From: Eledone cirrhosa | Lineage: Eukaryota | Length of the DNA stretch: 64,000 nucleotides | Reading direction: 5' to 3' | Assembly: GCA_964016885.1 (NCBI GenBank) | Contig: OZ024748.1 | Location: forward strand, 15,438,001-15,502,000 | Part shown: in pieces, positions 42,176 through 60,009 of the stretch | Layout: each line of letters opens with the position of its first letter | How positions within the stretch are numbered: position 1 is the stretch's first letter | The notes under the pieces: generated by a model | Told to the model about the DNA's origin: nothing | The model's database searches: none | The model's input: the letters and a program-made list of their open reading frames with translations, nothing else | Position numbers and translations under genes: made by a program

Positions 42176-42292
42176 TATTATAAAGAATTAGCACTCCGAC
42201 AGCTGAGCTCTTGCTGTTTCAACAGCTAGTTCCAGGAATTAGCTGTTCGAACGGCACGAGCTCAGTCATCGGGGTCTCAAATTTTTATAATA
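42176..42292. repeat. Imperfect ~117-bp palindrome, MITE-like
   Basis: atattataaagaatt...gagctcttgctgtttcaacagctagttcc / ggaattagctgttcgaacggcacgagctc...tttttataatat; related hairpin at ~42430-42490. Confidence 0.7.
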
Positions 42293-42690
42293 TATATGTG
42301 TGTGTGTATATATATATATATATACACACACACACATATGTATATATATCATGATTAAACCTGTATTAGACTAGAAAGACAATTATTCAACAGAGTACTT
42401 TATACTTGGAATAGCAGAGTTTAACTATGTTAGAGAGAGTTGGGACCTGATGGCAAGAGCTCAGCTGTCAGGCCCTGACTCTTTCTAATTTGAATGTATG
42501 TGTAAGTGTGTATTATGAAGGTGTGTATATCTTAAAACCTTCAGTTCAGCTATTTCCAGAACCACTGAGTTTTGTTTACCTTCCCTATTATATTTTTTAT
42601 TCCCAGAAGGCAAGAGAAGAACTTTTCTTTGTTTTATTCAATTTCAGTAAAAACAACTTTTCAGTTTTTTCTCCTAATTTTCTCACACTT

Positions 42691-42737
<47 letters not shown>

Positions 42738-42865
42738 CTGTGTGTGTCTGCCTATATATATATATATATATGTAATTTTTTTACTCAACGCTATCATTAT
42801 TTTCTTGACCTCAAAACACCTCTTCCTTCATTGATTCCATAAAAAAAGAATCATAATAATAATAA

Positions 42866-43055
42866 TAATTGTTTCTACTTTTGGCACAAGGCCAGCAATA
42901 ACCCAGTGCATTACTGGTACTTTATTTTATCGACCACGTAAGGATGAAAGGCAAAGTTAACCTCGGCAGGATTTGAACTCAGTCCGTAAAGGGATGTAAC
43001 TATGCTGAAGAGCATAACGTCCGACCCTCTACCGATACTGCCAATCCACTGCCCT
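42866..43055 (-). mobile_element. SINE family A
   Basis: Reverse complement of 61942-62130. Confidence 0.9.
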
Positions 43056-43114
43056 AATCATAATAATAATAATAATTTCAAGAAGACTTCACTGGTAATA
43101 GATTGTCTTTTATT

Positions 43115-43230
<116 letters not shown>

Positions 43231-43549
43231 CAAGTGTATCTTAAAGATAGACCAAGAAGACACTTGCCTTCTTCTTTCCCACCCAACCACACCCTTCTGG
43301 ATACTCAAGGTCTAACTTCTAATTTCATTGAACAATTTAAACAAAAAGAAAATGTCCTCCACTTGACTGTAAAATTTTGCCAACAAACACAAAAACGAAT
43401 AGAAGACAGTAAATATTATTATTAAAAAAATGGCGTTTTCCTTTTTAATTTTCCTCTCCAAATATCTTTTCTTGTAGTGCTATGATGATTTTACTGGTGG
43501 CCCCTCTCACCTCTCAAAATAAATAGACTTGTTCTCTTTTGTATAAATA

Positions 43550-46640
<3,091 letters not shown>

Positions 46641-47264
46641 TATACACACATACATTTTAAAATATATGTTCTGGTGTGTTGGTTTATCACTCCAAGCTAA
46701 AAGAAAAATGAAAATTAAGCAAGAAAAATAAACGAATTTTATATATATGCTTATAAATATATATATTCTATACACGTACACACATACATATATATATATA
46801 TATACACATATATATACCCATATATATACACATATATATATATATATATATGCACACGCAGATGTATTATACACATATATATTGACATAAATGCACATAC
46901 ATACATACATTTTTTTTGCGAATGATTAAGAAAGATTATGTAGGTCATATTGAGACAGGAAAACAAAAATTGTTCATCTTCGTTTTGTTATTAGAAGCCC
47001 TCAAGCATAGGATACAATGGGTAAGGAAAGCTTGGGTCATTTATCAAGCTAATAAACTGTTCATTGAATCAAGAAGAAACTTGTATAGGCCCAGGCATGG
47101 TTGTGTGGTTAACTAGTTGACTTTACAACCCACCTGGTTTCCTGTTCAGTCCCACAGTGGGACATCTTGCACAAGTCTATCTGAATATGGCCTTCAGTTA
47201 CCCAATGCCTGGTCAGTGAATATTTGATAGATAAATTTGGCAAAAGCCATCTGTGTGTGTATAT

Positions 47265-47570
47265 CATCCTCATCATCACCATTATCGCTTTTACATCCAT
47301 TTTTCTATACTCGCAAGGATTGGACATTTCTTTTTCAGCACAGCATCTCTCTACACATTGCATTCCTTCATCAATTCTTCTGTGAATCTCAGCGATTTCT
47401 GATCAACTCTCACCACTACTACCAAGGTCTCCCTTGATTTTCCTCCACTGCAGCTTCCTTCCATTGGGTATTTTTGGCACTTCTCCATCCAGCGCACCAC
47501 ATCTCCCTACCAATGCAGTCTTCTTTCTTGCACACCACTTTGGATTCCTCTTAAATCCAGTATCTCCCTC
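47265..47570 (-). mobile_element. Diverged RTE LINE 3' end
   Basis: Reverse-strand ...RKKTALVGRCGALDG... region and gatgtaaaagcgataatggtgatgatg tail. Confidence 0.6.
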
Positions 47571-48141
47571 ATATATTAATATATATAAATACACATGTCT
47601 GAGTAAAACAATCTATGGTAAAATCTATTGTAATCCTTGGTGGTAATTCAGTTGAATAATCCAGTATCAAAAAGGATTAACTCAGGCAGGGTCCATTTCT
47701 CACTAAGTTTGAACACAGCTTCATTTGTCAAGAGAAAACAGGTTAGGACACTTTAATTGTGTGAAAGACATAGCAACATTTCTTGTGTTGATGCAATGAT
47801 AAAATGCACCCACTAAACCCTGTGAAGTTATTGCTGATGATGGCATTCATCCATAGTAACCTTTCTAAACAAAAGGTCAAGGAGACACTTAAGTTATGCC
47901 AAAGACATAACCTTGATAGTGCTTGAGGCTATGGTAAAGTGCACTCAGTGTGCTCTGTACAGTGAGAAAACCTATCTATGTACTCTCAGGTCCCCAAAAA
48001 TAGAGGGGATTGGAAAATCAATAATTTTTCTAGGTTGTCTCCCTTGCTTTTTTTTTAAAACCAGAATTAGTCATTTAGTTGACATATTGAGACTCCTACC
48101 CATCTTATTTGTTTTATAACATGGGATTTCTAGTAATGTAT

Positions 48142-48325
48142 AATTGCTTCTACTTTAGGCACAAGGCCAGCAATTACCCAGAGCATTACTGGTACTTTAT
48201 TTTATCGACCCCGTAAGGATGAAAGGCAAAGTCAACCTCGGCGGGATTTGAACTCAGATCGTAAAGGGACATAACTATGCTGGAAAGCATGGCGTCCGAC
48301 TCTCCACCGATACTGCCAATCCACA
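48142..48325 (-). mobile_element. SINE family A
   Basis: Reverse complement of 61942-62130. Confidence 0.9.
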
Positions 48326-48754
48326 GTAATGTATAATGTTTTTTAATGTTTAAAGAAAATTACTTATTGCAGGAATACTACCACTTAAAATAACATTTTG
48401 CTGGAGAGAGATTAACAAAATATAATAAGCAGGTGAGATGCAGCCCCCAGATAGTCTGAGAAGACAATAACTCCACTTAGGTCCTCACCTGGTCGGTGAT
48501 GTCCCATCCAACCCTTGTTAGCAGGGAAAACAGATGTCAAATGAGGATGATGAGGAAGATGAAACAGAAAGAGAGAAATGATGAAAGAGAGATAGAGATA
48601 GAATCAACAACCTGGCACACTTCCCAAATTTATCCTTACCAAGCTTTAAAGGGTAAAAATAAACCCTACCTATTAAACTTCTCAAATTTAGTTGTAAGTG
48701 GGAGAAAACAAACATATCAATATACATGAGGCTAATACTTAGTGAAAGAATGAA

Positions 48755-49215
48755 ATCTAAAGCCTGTCTCAATCTAGAACGCTCATCAGGCCAGTACTTA
48801 TCCCACTTTTCATGGCATGAAGCAACTGAGAGTACAATACTGACTCCCCACTGGACAGGACACCATTCCATCACAGAGTTAACCCTTTAGCATTCACATT
48901 ACTCTATATATACTATTATATTTTCATGGTAAAGGCTTTACCTCACATAATTATCTCACATAATATCGAATCTATGAGATTTGGAAAGTATTTATTTTGA
49001 GAACAATACCTTAACATCAGTTTGATTGAACAGTTACAGCCAGTTTCAACAGAAAGAGGTAGAGAATTGCTGGTACACTTTTTCAGCTGAGTATACTGGA
49101 GCAACATAAAAATTAAGTATTTTGCTCAAGAACACAACATGCAACCCAGCTCAAGAATCGAACCCATGACATTATGATCATAAGTCCAACACCCTTACCA
49201 CTAGGTCACACGCCT
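48755..49215 (-). mobile_element. SINE family B interrupted at a TTAA by a truncated piggyBac-type MITE (48879-49066)
   Basis: SINE 3' part 48755-48880 and tRNA head 49070-49215; insert matches 36983-37205. Confidence 0.75.
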
Positions 49216-49419
49216 CCTCAAGAGTAAATAGTAACACATCTTATTTTCATTTTATTGTTTTGTTTGTTTGTTGGTTGTTTTTTTTTCGTGGGTGAGGATG
49301 GCAGGTTGTAAAGATGTTTTTTGTCATTTTGTTTATCTCAACCGACATACAGTACAGCAATAAGTGTTAGGTAAGTGATGGGAATCATATTGAACAACAG
49401 TAGAAGAAAATGGAACAGC

Positions 49420-49456
<37 letters not shown>

Positions 49457-49680
49457 ATATACACACACACACACACATATATGTATATACATACATCATT
49501 ACACACACATATACATACATCATTACACACACACACATATATATACATACATCATTACACACACACACATATATATATACATACATCATTACACATATAT
49601 ACATATATATAAAGAGAGAGAAAAAGAGAGAGAGAATGAGAGAGAGGGAGAAAGCGAGAGAGAATGAGAGAGAGGGAGAA

Positions 49681-49733
<53 letters not shown>

Positions 49734-51059
49734 AAGGAGGTGACATATAGCAAAAATATATTTAAAAAAAAAAACGAACTAGGGGTAGAGGAAAAAAAAA
49801 AATACAAATTTTGGAAAATATATATTGTTGTGCCAAAATGATGGAATATATAGAAGTGGTGAATCTTAGAGTAATTCTATCTGTAGCCATAGAAGCTGGA
49901 ATTTCATGCGGAAGGAGAAGATGGAGAAGAAAATACGGGAGAGACCGCAGATGGGGGAAGAGGTTTTGAAATGGAAAAACCATTTATAGAGTACAGTTAC
50001 TGTTCCATTTGGCAATATTAAAGTAGGTTCAGAAGACCCCTCTTTGCACAAGAATCGAAAGAAATTGAAGAAGGAACTGTTGATGTATATGAATAGAGAA
50101 TGCTAATACTAAAAGACTAAAAGAAAGCTAATATGAAATAGAAAAAAAATGGAAGTATTGAAAGAACGTAGTTAGTGCTTTTACATTGGTTGGGTAAATA
50201 GAAAACAGGAAATATAGGCGTTTTGTAAATATATAAATAAATATAATTAATATCCAGGAGCCCATAAAAACTGGCCAATAACTAAGTTTTAAATTTGTTA
50301 CAGCGGAACAATGTAATGGACAAGGTTAGAGACGGTGAGAGGAAAATGTTGAAACCAAGATATAAATGACAGGTTTTACAAGCAAAAGACCCAACCTGCA
50401 ATAGACCCAGGAATAGACCCCAAGGGTATATTCATTTATTTTCACAGTTTAATCATGAAGAGAGAAAGGGCTTGCCCATGAACAACTTAAGGGACTCTAA
50501 GACTGATAGGAAGAGGGGAGAGGAGGAAGGTTTCCTCCAACTGAAGACTTGGATTTGATGCTTGCAACAGAGTGGATTTCCCTAAAGTTACTCAAGGCTC
50601 ATAGAATGGTGTTAAGCTGGGCGATGGATTATGATTACTACCAAGGTACTCTCCCACAACAGGTGCATATCCATGGTTAACCATGACTAAAGGGAGTTTT
50701 AATATCATGAAGAATACCAGTAATATACTGTGGGTGTACAATACTCTCTTCTAAAAATCAATACTTGATTTTCCTTTCTATCTTTCATCTTTATCAATTT
50801 AATGTCTCTTTTTCAATTCTGGTTTGGATTAGACAAATATTTTCAAAGTAGAATCCTTTGGATAGATGCAGCACCAAATGGGAGAGTAAAAGAAAAATTT
50901 GAATATTAAAATATATTTCATCACAGAAGATGAAAATAAGTCATTGTTTTTAAGTCTGGTTTTTCTGTGCTTGCGCTGTCAGATTTTCTACGACTAGATG
51001 CCTTTTCCATATGCCAACCCATACCTTTTTTTAACAATGGAATATACAATTATATATAT

Positions 51060-52145
51060 GGTATATACAACTGGCTTGGTAAACACCCACAAAATTATTA
51101 AACATCTTGCTAACAACAACCCTGAGCACCGTTTACAATTCCATGTGTCTAACACACATAGGTATGCCTACAAAGTCAGAAAACAGCACAGTTCCCATGA
51201 CTTTTGGAAACATTTTTTCACGTTCAGAGTTGCTGAAACATGGAACAAACTACCTGCATCAGTTGTTAGCTGCCGGGACATTGCATCCTTTAAAACCTCC
51301 ATGGAACAGACTACCTGCATCAGTTGTTAGCTGCCGGGACACTGCATCCTTTAAAACCTCCATGGAACAGACTACCTGCATCAGTTGCTAGCTGCCGGGA
51401 GACTGCATCCTTTAAAACCTCCATGGAACAGACTACCTGCATCAGTTGCTAGCTGCCGGGAGACTGCATCCTTTAAAACGTCCATGGAACAGACTACCTG
51501 CATCAGTTGCTAGCTGCCGGGAGACTGCATCCTTTAAAACCTCCATGGAACGGACTACCTGCATCAGTTGCTAGCTGCCGGGAGGCTGCATCCTTTAAAA
51601 CCTCCATGGAACAGACTACCTGCATCAGTTGCTAGCTGCCGGGAGACTGCATCCTTTAAAACCGCCATGGAACAGACTACCTGCATCAGTTGTTAGCTGC
51701 CGGGACACTGCATCCTTTAAAACCTCCATGGAACAGACTACCTGCATCAGTTGTTAGCTGCCGGGACACTGCATCCTTTAAAACCTCCATGGAACAGACT
51801 ACCTGCATCAGTTGTTAGCTGCCGGGACATTGCATCCTTTAAAACCTCCATGGAACAGACTATCTGCATCAGTTGTTAGCTGCCGGGACACTGCATCCTT
51901 TAAAACCTCCATGGAACAGACTACCTGCATCAGTTGTTAGCTGCCGGGACACTGCATCCTTTAAAACCTCCATGCTTCCTGAAATTCACCAACACTACAC
52001 CTGATATGCCCCTCCATACACAAGCACACATGTATATCATGACTCATACACTGTTCACTTTCCTGACATTTGTACATTATTTGATGTACTATACGTGCAC
52101 CTTTGATGAGTTGTAATGCACCTGAGCACTGTACACAATAATTTC
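51060..52145 (+). mobile_element. CR1/L2-type LINE 3' end hosting a tandem array
   Basis: HKII...KHFFTFRVAETWNKLPASVVSCRDIASFK matches the FFxxRVxxxWNxLP...SFK ORF2 C-terminal motif. Confidence 0.85.
51240..51972 (+). repeat. Minisatellite: 12 units of 61 bp
   Basis: tggaaca(a/g)actacctgcatcagttg recurs every 61 bp from 51241 to 51912. Confidence 0.97.
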
Positions 52146-52556
52146 ACTACACTGCAGGGAGATTTATTCATTGAGGACATAACCAAATATCACAACTGGG
52201 TTTTATAAAAAATGGTATTGTGACATTCGGGCTGGCCTGTATATACATATATCTATATATACATATATATATATCTATCTATACATATATCTATATATAT
52301 ATACATATAACTATATATATACATATATCTATACATATATCTATATATATACATATATCTATACATATATCTATATATATATACATATATCTATATATAT
52401 ATACATATATCTATATATACATATATATATACATATGTATATATATACATATATGTATATATATATAGATATAGATATATATGTATACATCTATGTATAT
52501 GTATACATCTATGTATATATATATATACATCTATATATGTATAAATAAATTATATG

Positions 52557-52598
<42 letters not shown>

Positions 52599-52630
52599 TA
52601 TATTAACTGTCGTGACCTTCAACATCGGGG

Positions 52631-52706
<76 letters not shown>

Positions 52707-53466
52707 AAGGCTTGCTTATAGTTTCCATCTACCAAATAATTGAGGTAAAGTTTATAGTATAGTAGAAGACACTTGCCTAGGGTTCTTTGTTCTCAAATAT
52801 TATAATCTTTATTATCCAAAACAACATCCTTACATTTTAGACATTGCATGTTAGCAATAGAAGATCAGTAAAATAGTTGTATAACTGCGTCTCTTGTGTT
52901 AGCAAGAATTCTGATTCAAAGTTCATACAGCATTGCCTTTAAACACTTTCTTCTGTCTTTGTAAATGTCTATCTACCTACATGGAATTTCAAGTGATTAA
53001 TTATCACATCAGCCTCTCTGTGACACACAAGCAAATCATACCTAAGCAGACATCCAAAATCAATCATGTTTCAATACATCATCAACATACCCCTCACCTC
53101 CATCCCCTCACCTCCACCCCCTTCTCATCCTCGCTATTTCTTTACTTTGTCTATTCAACACTTCCAACTAACTTTTGAGACTAGCTTTCAACATTTCTAC
53201 TAGGTTTTATAGTTTTTATTTTTTTTCACTCAACTCAGTCTCTTTCCCACCGGCTATTTATGCTCTTTACAATATCATATCTTCATAGTTTTTGTTATAT
53301 ATACACAAACACAGACACAGATATGTGTGTATCTGTATCAGTGTACACACACACACTTACACACACATATATGCACACATGTAGACTGTATGGAGGTGTG
53401 TTTTCTTGGAAGGCATACCATTGTTTAATATTTGCTTGTGGTGGAAGTTATATATTTATATATGTA

Positions 53467-53502
<36 letters not shown>

Positions 53503-53910
53503 ATCACAAACAGCCCACACACAAATTGTCTTTTGTTGTTTTTCTTCTTCATCTTGTGGCAATATCTTATCAGTAATTCGTACTGTCAGTTTTCTGAATA
53601 TATTTCCATATTAACTTGATCTAGAGTCACAGAGCAGATACAGTATATTTTACTACATCAGAATAGTAAACATATTTAACCCAAGATCTACCCAAAACTT
53701 TCCTACAACTTATTGCAAACATTATTAATATTATTAGTATGTTCTAGGTTTGTTTTTCCATCATCTATGTCATTATACATTGTCATCATTAGAATGAAAT
53801 CAAATCAAAACCTAATATGATGTTGTTAGTATTGTTATCTCTCTATCCAGGGTGGGGAATTGGTAGAATTGTTAGATAGTCAGTGTTTGGAGACCAGACA
53901 AAAAAATGTC

Positions 53911-54200
53911 GAGATATGTGGTCTAGTGGTAAAGGTGTTAGACTTATGATCATAATGTCATCGGTTCAATCCCTGGACTGGGTTGTGTTTTGTGTTCTTG
54001 AGCAAAACACTTCATTTCATATTGTTGCAGTATACTCAGTTGACAATGAGAATCAGTAATAGCTGGGAGTTTAATCCTGTGATGGACTGGCAACCTGTCT
54101 AGTGGGGAGTCTTGTACTTTCAGTCACTTCACACCATGGAAACTGAGGATAACCACCAGCCTGTTGAGTCCCAGAGCTCAAGACAGACTTTAGACTTTTT
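53911..54200 (+). mobile_element. tRNA-derived SINE family B, apparently full length
   Basis: A box tggtctagtgg, B box ggttcaatccc, body cctgtgatggactggcaacctgtctagtgggg, tail agactttagacttt. Confidence 0.85.
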
Positions 54201-54756
54201 AAGACACAATGCTTCACAGCTTCACAGCATTTAGTCACATCTATTTAGATTCTGAGCTCAAATCTTGCCACAGTCAAATCCTCCTTTCATCTTTCTGGAG
54301 GGCCAATAAGATAAATTATTACTGGTATATAATGGCTAAGTAAGAAATAGAAACCTCCTTCCTCTCAAGAGGAAAATGGCTGGAACAACCTAATTTTTAT
54401 CTTATTAGAAATACTTAACATTCCTCCACCTACCTAAGTAGACAGCTTCACCCTTATTCAATACCTGGGAGATCTATTCCACTTTTCTATCCCATACCCA
54501 CCTCCACTCCAACCGGCCCATAATTTTCACTCTTTTTACATGTACACACCTTCTCATAGACACACAGACAAAAACCATATGTTGTTGAGATAACCATCTG
54601 TTAATTTAAACCGCTAAAACCTATACAAAAACAATGATAACTTTAAAATACTTAAACAAGCTTCTTACTTTCTTTATATTTCTTCTTCTTATCATTAAAT
54701 AAATAAATACTAAAAAATATAGAAAGAAATAATAAAGAAACAATTATTATTATAAG

Positions 54757-55140
54757 GGTTGGCAGTATTAGTAGAGTGTCGGACAATATGCTTTGCAGCA
54801 TAGTGTTATTTCCCTTTACATTTTGAGTTCAAATACTGCCGAGATTAGCTTTGCTTTTTATCTTACTGCGTTTGATAAAATAAAGTACCAGTAATGCACA
54901 AATTAATCTACTTCTCCCTCTCCCCAAAATTGTTAGCCTTGTGCCTAAAGTAGAAATCATTATTATTATTAGGGCGGTGGTTTGGCAGTATCAGTAAAGC
55001 ATTGGGTATGATGATTTATGGCATAGAGTTTACGTTCTGAGTTCAAACAGCACAGAAGTTAGCTCTCCCTTTCATCTTTACGGGGTCGATAAAATAAAAG
55101 TCGATATAACTGACTTCCCCTCCCCCAAAATTGCTGGGCT
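54757..55140 (+). mobile_element. Two adjacent diverged SINE family A copies
   Basis: ggcagtat...gagttcaaa...tttcatctt..cggggtcgataaaataaa motifs twice. Confidence 0.75.
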
Positions 55141-56213
55141 TATCATCATCATCATCATCATCATCATCTAGTTTATATGTCTATTGTGCGCATGTACTAT
55201 TGCTAACAAGTATACCATAGGTTTTGAGATGCATCACTAAAGTTGTAAAGTTATTGTTGGTAGGAAAACATTTTTGAACAGACGAATAAAAGATATTTGT
55301 TCAGGAATGAAAACTTAGCAAAGCGGAGGATATCTTTATATTCCGGATGTCGTTGACAAGGCTGCTAGTTGGAGAGATAATATGTACCATTCTATATTGG
55401 AAAATACATATATACCTGATAAAATTTGGAGGTGTCTTTGATATAAATTAGGATTTGCTTGAAGCTAAAATAACTTTTCAGGTAGGATATTTTACATACA
55501 AAGCCTCTCACTATCTCATATCCTTAGAAATAGTGAATTCAGTATATGTATGCAGAATATTTGTATTCTTGTGAATAAACGATGATGTTATTTCCGATTT
55601 GTCTGAAAAAATTGTTTATATTCCATCTGGTTAATACTATGGAAATCAATGCTAAGGACCAAAACCCTCCAAGACTTATTCTGTTGTTCTGTTTAGAAAG
55701 TTTAAACATTTAGATTTGTTTAGGAGTTTACTTCAGCACTTGGATGAAAAAAAAAAAAGTGAGAAAAATAAAAATTGTTGAATAGTAAAAAAAAAAAATA
55801 TAATAAAATTGCTTTCTTAGTGAAGGTTGTTTTGTAGCAGTAAAAATATAGATAAAAATGTATGTATTTGACAGATACATATACACACAGACAGACACAG
55901 AGACACAAACACACAGATAGACACACTCACACACACACACACACATACATACACATATGCACATGCAAGAAAATGTACCACAGAAAGAGATGATGGAGTC
56001 AATGGATTAAGACCAAAAGGAAGAGGAGACAGAGAAAACAACTGTCATTGAGGAGGTCCCAATGTATTACAAAAGAGCTTTGACAAACTAACTAACAACT
56101 GATAATAAAGTTGAAGTGAAAATCAAATAGTGCATATGTTTTATTTTCAAAATGACCACTCACAAATCTAAGAATATAGATAAAAAGTTATTTTTTGAAA
56201 GTTATATAAAGTA

Positions 56214-56381
56214 CTGTATTTCCCGATATCGAAGACGCTACTTTTTTCCTAAAATAAGTTTTTAAAATCTATCATGTGTCCTGGAGGCTGAAGGTTGTTT
56301 ATTTTATTTTTTTTTATTTTTGGTTGCCAAAATTAGGGTGTGTCCTCGAGGACAAAGCATCTTCGGCGCCGGGAAATATGG
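56214..56381. mobile_element. Tc1/pogo-type MITE
   Basis: TA-CTGTATTTCCCGATATCGAAGACGCT ... AGCATCTTCGGCGCCGGGAAATATGG-TA. Confidence 0.75.
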
Positions 56382-57369
56382 TAGTTTGAGATGATGAGTT
56401 GACAGAGTTGTGGGTTACTAATGTTGGATAGTACTCCTTGTGGTATTTGTTCTGGCTGTCAGTATTCTGAGTTCAAATCCTACTGATGTTAACTGTCTTT
56501 CATACATTCACGGTCAATAAATAAGGTGCCAGCCTAGTACTAGGAGTTTAACCCTTTAGCATTTAAAGCGGCTGTATCCAGCCAGAATTCTCTCACCACT
56601 TTCTGTTCAAACCAGCCAAAACTGGCCGCTCATACTGACTTTTAAACACACATTAACGCAAAAAACAAACAAAATATCTTTAATTTTTAGAAATACTGCA
56701 AATGGCTGAGTGTGGAAGGATGATTTATGAAGACACTTGAAATATTGAAATCATTTCAAGAGAAAGAACAGAGGGTAAAGTTGACCTCGGTGGGATTTGA
56801 AGAGAGGAGAGAGCCCAAACAAATACTGCAAAACACTTTATCCAACATTCTAATGACTCTGCCACTTCACCACCTTTTGAGTATTACAACATGATAAAAT
56901 AATACAAATAGGAAAGGAGACTGAATATATGACAGGAGTAACTTGGGATACTTTGATCGGAAGTTTAACCAGATAGCTTTTACGTCACAATATAAGTTAG
57001 ATTATTGGCTAATGTTTTTCACTAACCATTTTCTCTGGATTCCATTTTCCTTTTAGAAAACTAATATTTGTAAATCCCTGAAATAAGAGAGATGTTCCTT
57101 TAACTTAATCTAAATATATTTTATGTAAAAGAAGCAACACAAACTCGTGGTCACAGTGACAAGACATAATCAGCATGATCATCATCATCACCATAATCAT
57201 CACTTTACATCCCTTCTCCATGCTGGCATGGGTTGGAAGAGTTATTCTGGTTCAAATCAGTTCTTATTTGAAGTAACTATCCACCTAAACAGACCAAAGG
57301 ATCAAGTTTTGCCTTGTATGTTTCAATTTTTAGCATGTTTCTATGGTTGGATGCTTTTCTCAACTAAAG

Positions 57370-57640
57370 ACTAAAGTCTATCTCAAACCTGGAGGCACAT
57401 CAGGCCAATACATATTCCAGTTTCTGTGGTGTGAAGCAACTGAGAGTACAAGCCTCCCTTCAGGGCAGGACACCAGTCCATTGCAAGGGTAAACCCCCAG
57501 CTATTGCTGCTACTTATTTTCAACTGAATATACTGGGGCGATGTGAAATGAAGTGTTTTACTCAAGAACACAACACACAGCCTAGTCCAGGAATCAAACC
57601 AACTATATGATCTTAAGTCCAACACCCTTACCACTAGGAC
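57370..57640 (-). mobile_element. SINE family B
   Basis: Reverse complement of 53911-54200. Confidence 0.8.
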
Positions 57641-58890
57641 TAACATCAACCATTTAACAAAGTGTACTGGGTGCATTTTATTGTGACACCAGATCTAGAG
57701 ACGTTGTCATGTTCCCCAAGACTACAAAGCCTTTTATGTGTCCTGTTGCCTCCATTCCAACACCAACCACTTTACAGAGTGTATTGAAAGCATTGTATCT
57801 TGGCATCAATAAAGGGGAGGTTGTCTTGCTTTATATAAAGGCAAGGAGTCCTCATCCCTTTATGTTGTCCCTACCCTTTCAAGGCAGAAGACACAGTTTC
57901 TTTTGTCTTTTTGTATTCTGCTTTGGTCTGTGCTCATAGCATTCACAGGTCCTCTTGTAATCAATAGGATTGATGAGGGTAACATTCTTTTTAAATAAGT
58001 TCAAGTTGATGGTCTCAGAGAAAAATCATAGACATGGGAAGGATGGAAATTCTCGTCATAATCATTTTACATTCACTTTCCATACTGGCATGGGTTCAAC
58101 AGGCTATCATAGTCAGAAGCTACACAAATAGGGAAACCAAATCTTGTTCATGTGTTCCACATTTTGACATGGTTTCCACAGTAGAATTCCTTTTCCTAAC
58201 AGCAATCAATTTGCAGAGTTTACTAATGTATTTTATCATGGCACCAGTACTACCATGTTACAGTGGACTGCATACATCTTATAGTGGCACCAGCACTCCC
58301 AATTTACAGAGTATACCTTATATATGCATATAAATCACTTTATTCCATGTTACTCTTTCTGCCAGGAGTTGCAATTGGTAGATAGTATCGGCAATGGAAA
58401 GACCAATGGAAACATTACCTTGGTCTGATTTGAGGAGGTCCACCTCACTCAGCAAGCAAATGAGGTCTGTGATCTTGTTGATAAATCAGTGTGACACACA
58501 CACATAAATATATATAAAATCATCATTGTTTAACGTCCATTTTCCATGCTAGCAGGAGTTAGACAAGCTGTCCCATTGTGAGACAAGCCAGGTCAGATGA
58601 CCACATTTTGCTCACACACAACTGATTTTGGCTTGGTTTCCATGTATGGATGCCCTTCCTAACGCCAACCACATTGACAGTTTGTACTTTGTGCTTTTTT
58701 TCATGAAACCTACACGACAAGTTTACAGTGTGAACTCAGTGCTTTTTGTCATGACACCTATACGACCACATACACACACACACACATATATATATATGTG
58801 TATGTAAAAGTAATAAAAAAAAGTAACAAGCAAACAGCACAGTACATGGAAGAAATATATTAGTTTAATGCTTGAAATAACAGGAAGATA

Positions 58891-58928
58891 GTCTTAACGT
58901 TTCAGACACCAATCCTTCATCAGAAGAC
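58891..58928 (-). ncRNA. Minimal hammerhead (same family as 30590)
   Basis: GUCUU-CUGAUGA-AGGA-uuggug-UCU-GAAACGUU-AAGAC. Confidence 0.65.
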
Positions 58929-60009
58929 AGTTAGAAATGGAAGATAAATAGAAAGTAATGAGTGATGAGAGGAAGGAATGGGGAAAATGAGAAAAAAACA
59001 TACACGTGTATTCAGTCGGCCATCTATATTTATGTATGTATGCATGTATGCATGCATATATATATTTATATATATATATTTAGGGATTGTAATATCCAGT
59101 TACTTCGGGCCAAATCAATACAGATTGAACCTTAAGCTGATCTATCGTGAAACGTACATCACTACTCAATATACATAATGAAGACCTTAGAAATCGTTCT
59201 TTTTTTAATATTAGTATGTGTGTATCATCATCATCATTTTACGTCCGCTTTTCCCTGCTTGCAAGGGTGGGACACGAATAAAAGCACCCAGTCCATGCTG
59301 TAAAGTGGCACTGGTGTTAAGATGGGCATCCAACCAGTGTATCAATGCCAAAACAATTATGAGCACAGCAACAAATATATAGGAACAACAAAAATATGAA
59401 GACGTCGCATCTCAAAGTTGCAACACTTATATATATATAAGTGAAAAAGGAAAACAGTGTTCAATCAGGTTTGAGACTTGATATATTTATGTCACAAATT
59501 TGATCGCTCTTATAATCTGAGGAGATGTTAAAAATCGGGTCATGAAATTAGGAAAGCACTTTTGTTCATTTTATGAACATAAATAATATATATATGTATG
59601 GTTAAATAATTTTAGAATAATTGAGATTAATGAGGTTTGAGTGTGATGAAACTAAGTCAAGGTCACATCATTTCAGACAAGATACTGTTAAGAGCATCGT
59701 GTTTGTGAAATAAAATAAAATGGTGTTTTATATGAAAAGAACTTTAAAAGGTGAAACATGAAGATTAAATGAAAAATAATGTCAGATGAGATTTGTCAGG
59801 TATCAATGATTATTAAGTACAAATTGAGAAGAAATGTTAGGGTTAGCAAAAGAAATTCTACTCAAAGAATTATCAGAATTCTACTTAAGAAAGATTTGCT
59901 AAGGCCAACTGGGAAATCCAGCTTAAAAAGGACAATTGATGAAAGTTAAGTGAACAAATGAACATCATGTGTGTAGATTTGTAAAGATATACTCTACTCA
60001 TAATTTATT

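Noticed and set aside
49850-50100. Host exon or LINE fragment (SSEPTLILPNGTVTV)
   Set aside because: Only faint resemblance to a LINE ORF2 linker, frameshifted; too weak to call
51240-51972. CRISPR-like 61-bp periodicity
   Set aside because: Contiguous near-identical units without spacers; LINE-derived
53911-53985. tRNA gene (also 25770-25840 and other A/B-box hits)
   Set aside because: A/B boxes continue into SINE bodies present in multiple copies; no intact cloverleaf seen
55240-55690. Possible Penelope RT relic (minus-strand YIKDTS motif)
   Set aside because: Single short motif among stops; insufficient without a profile search
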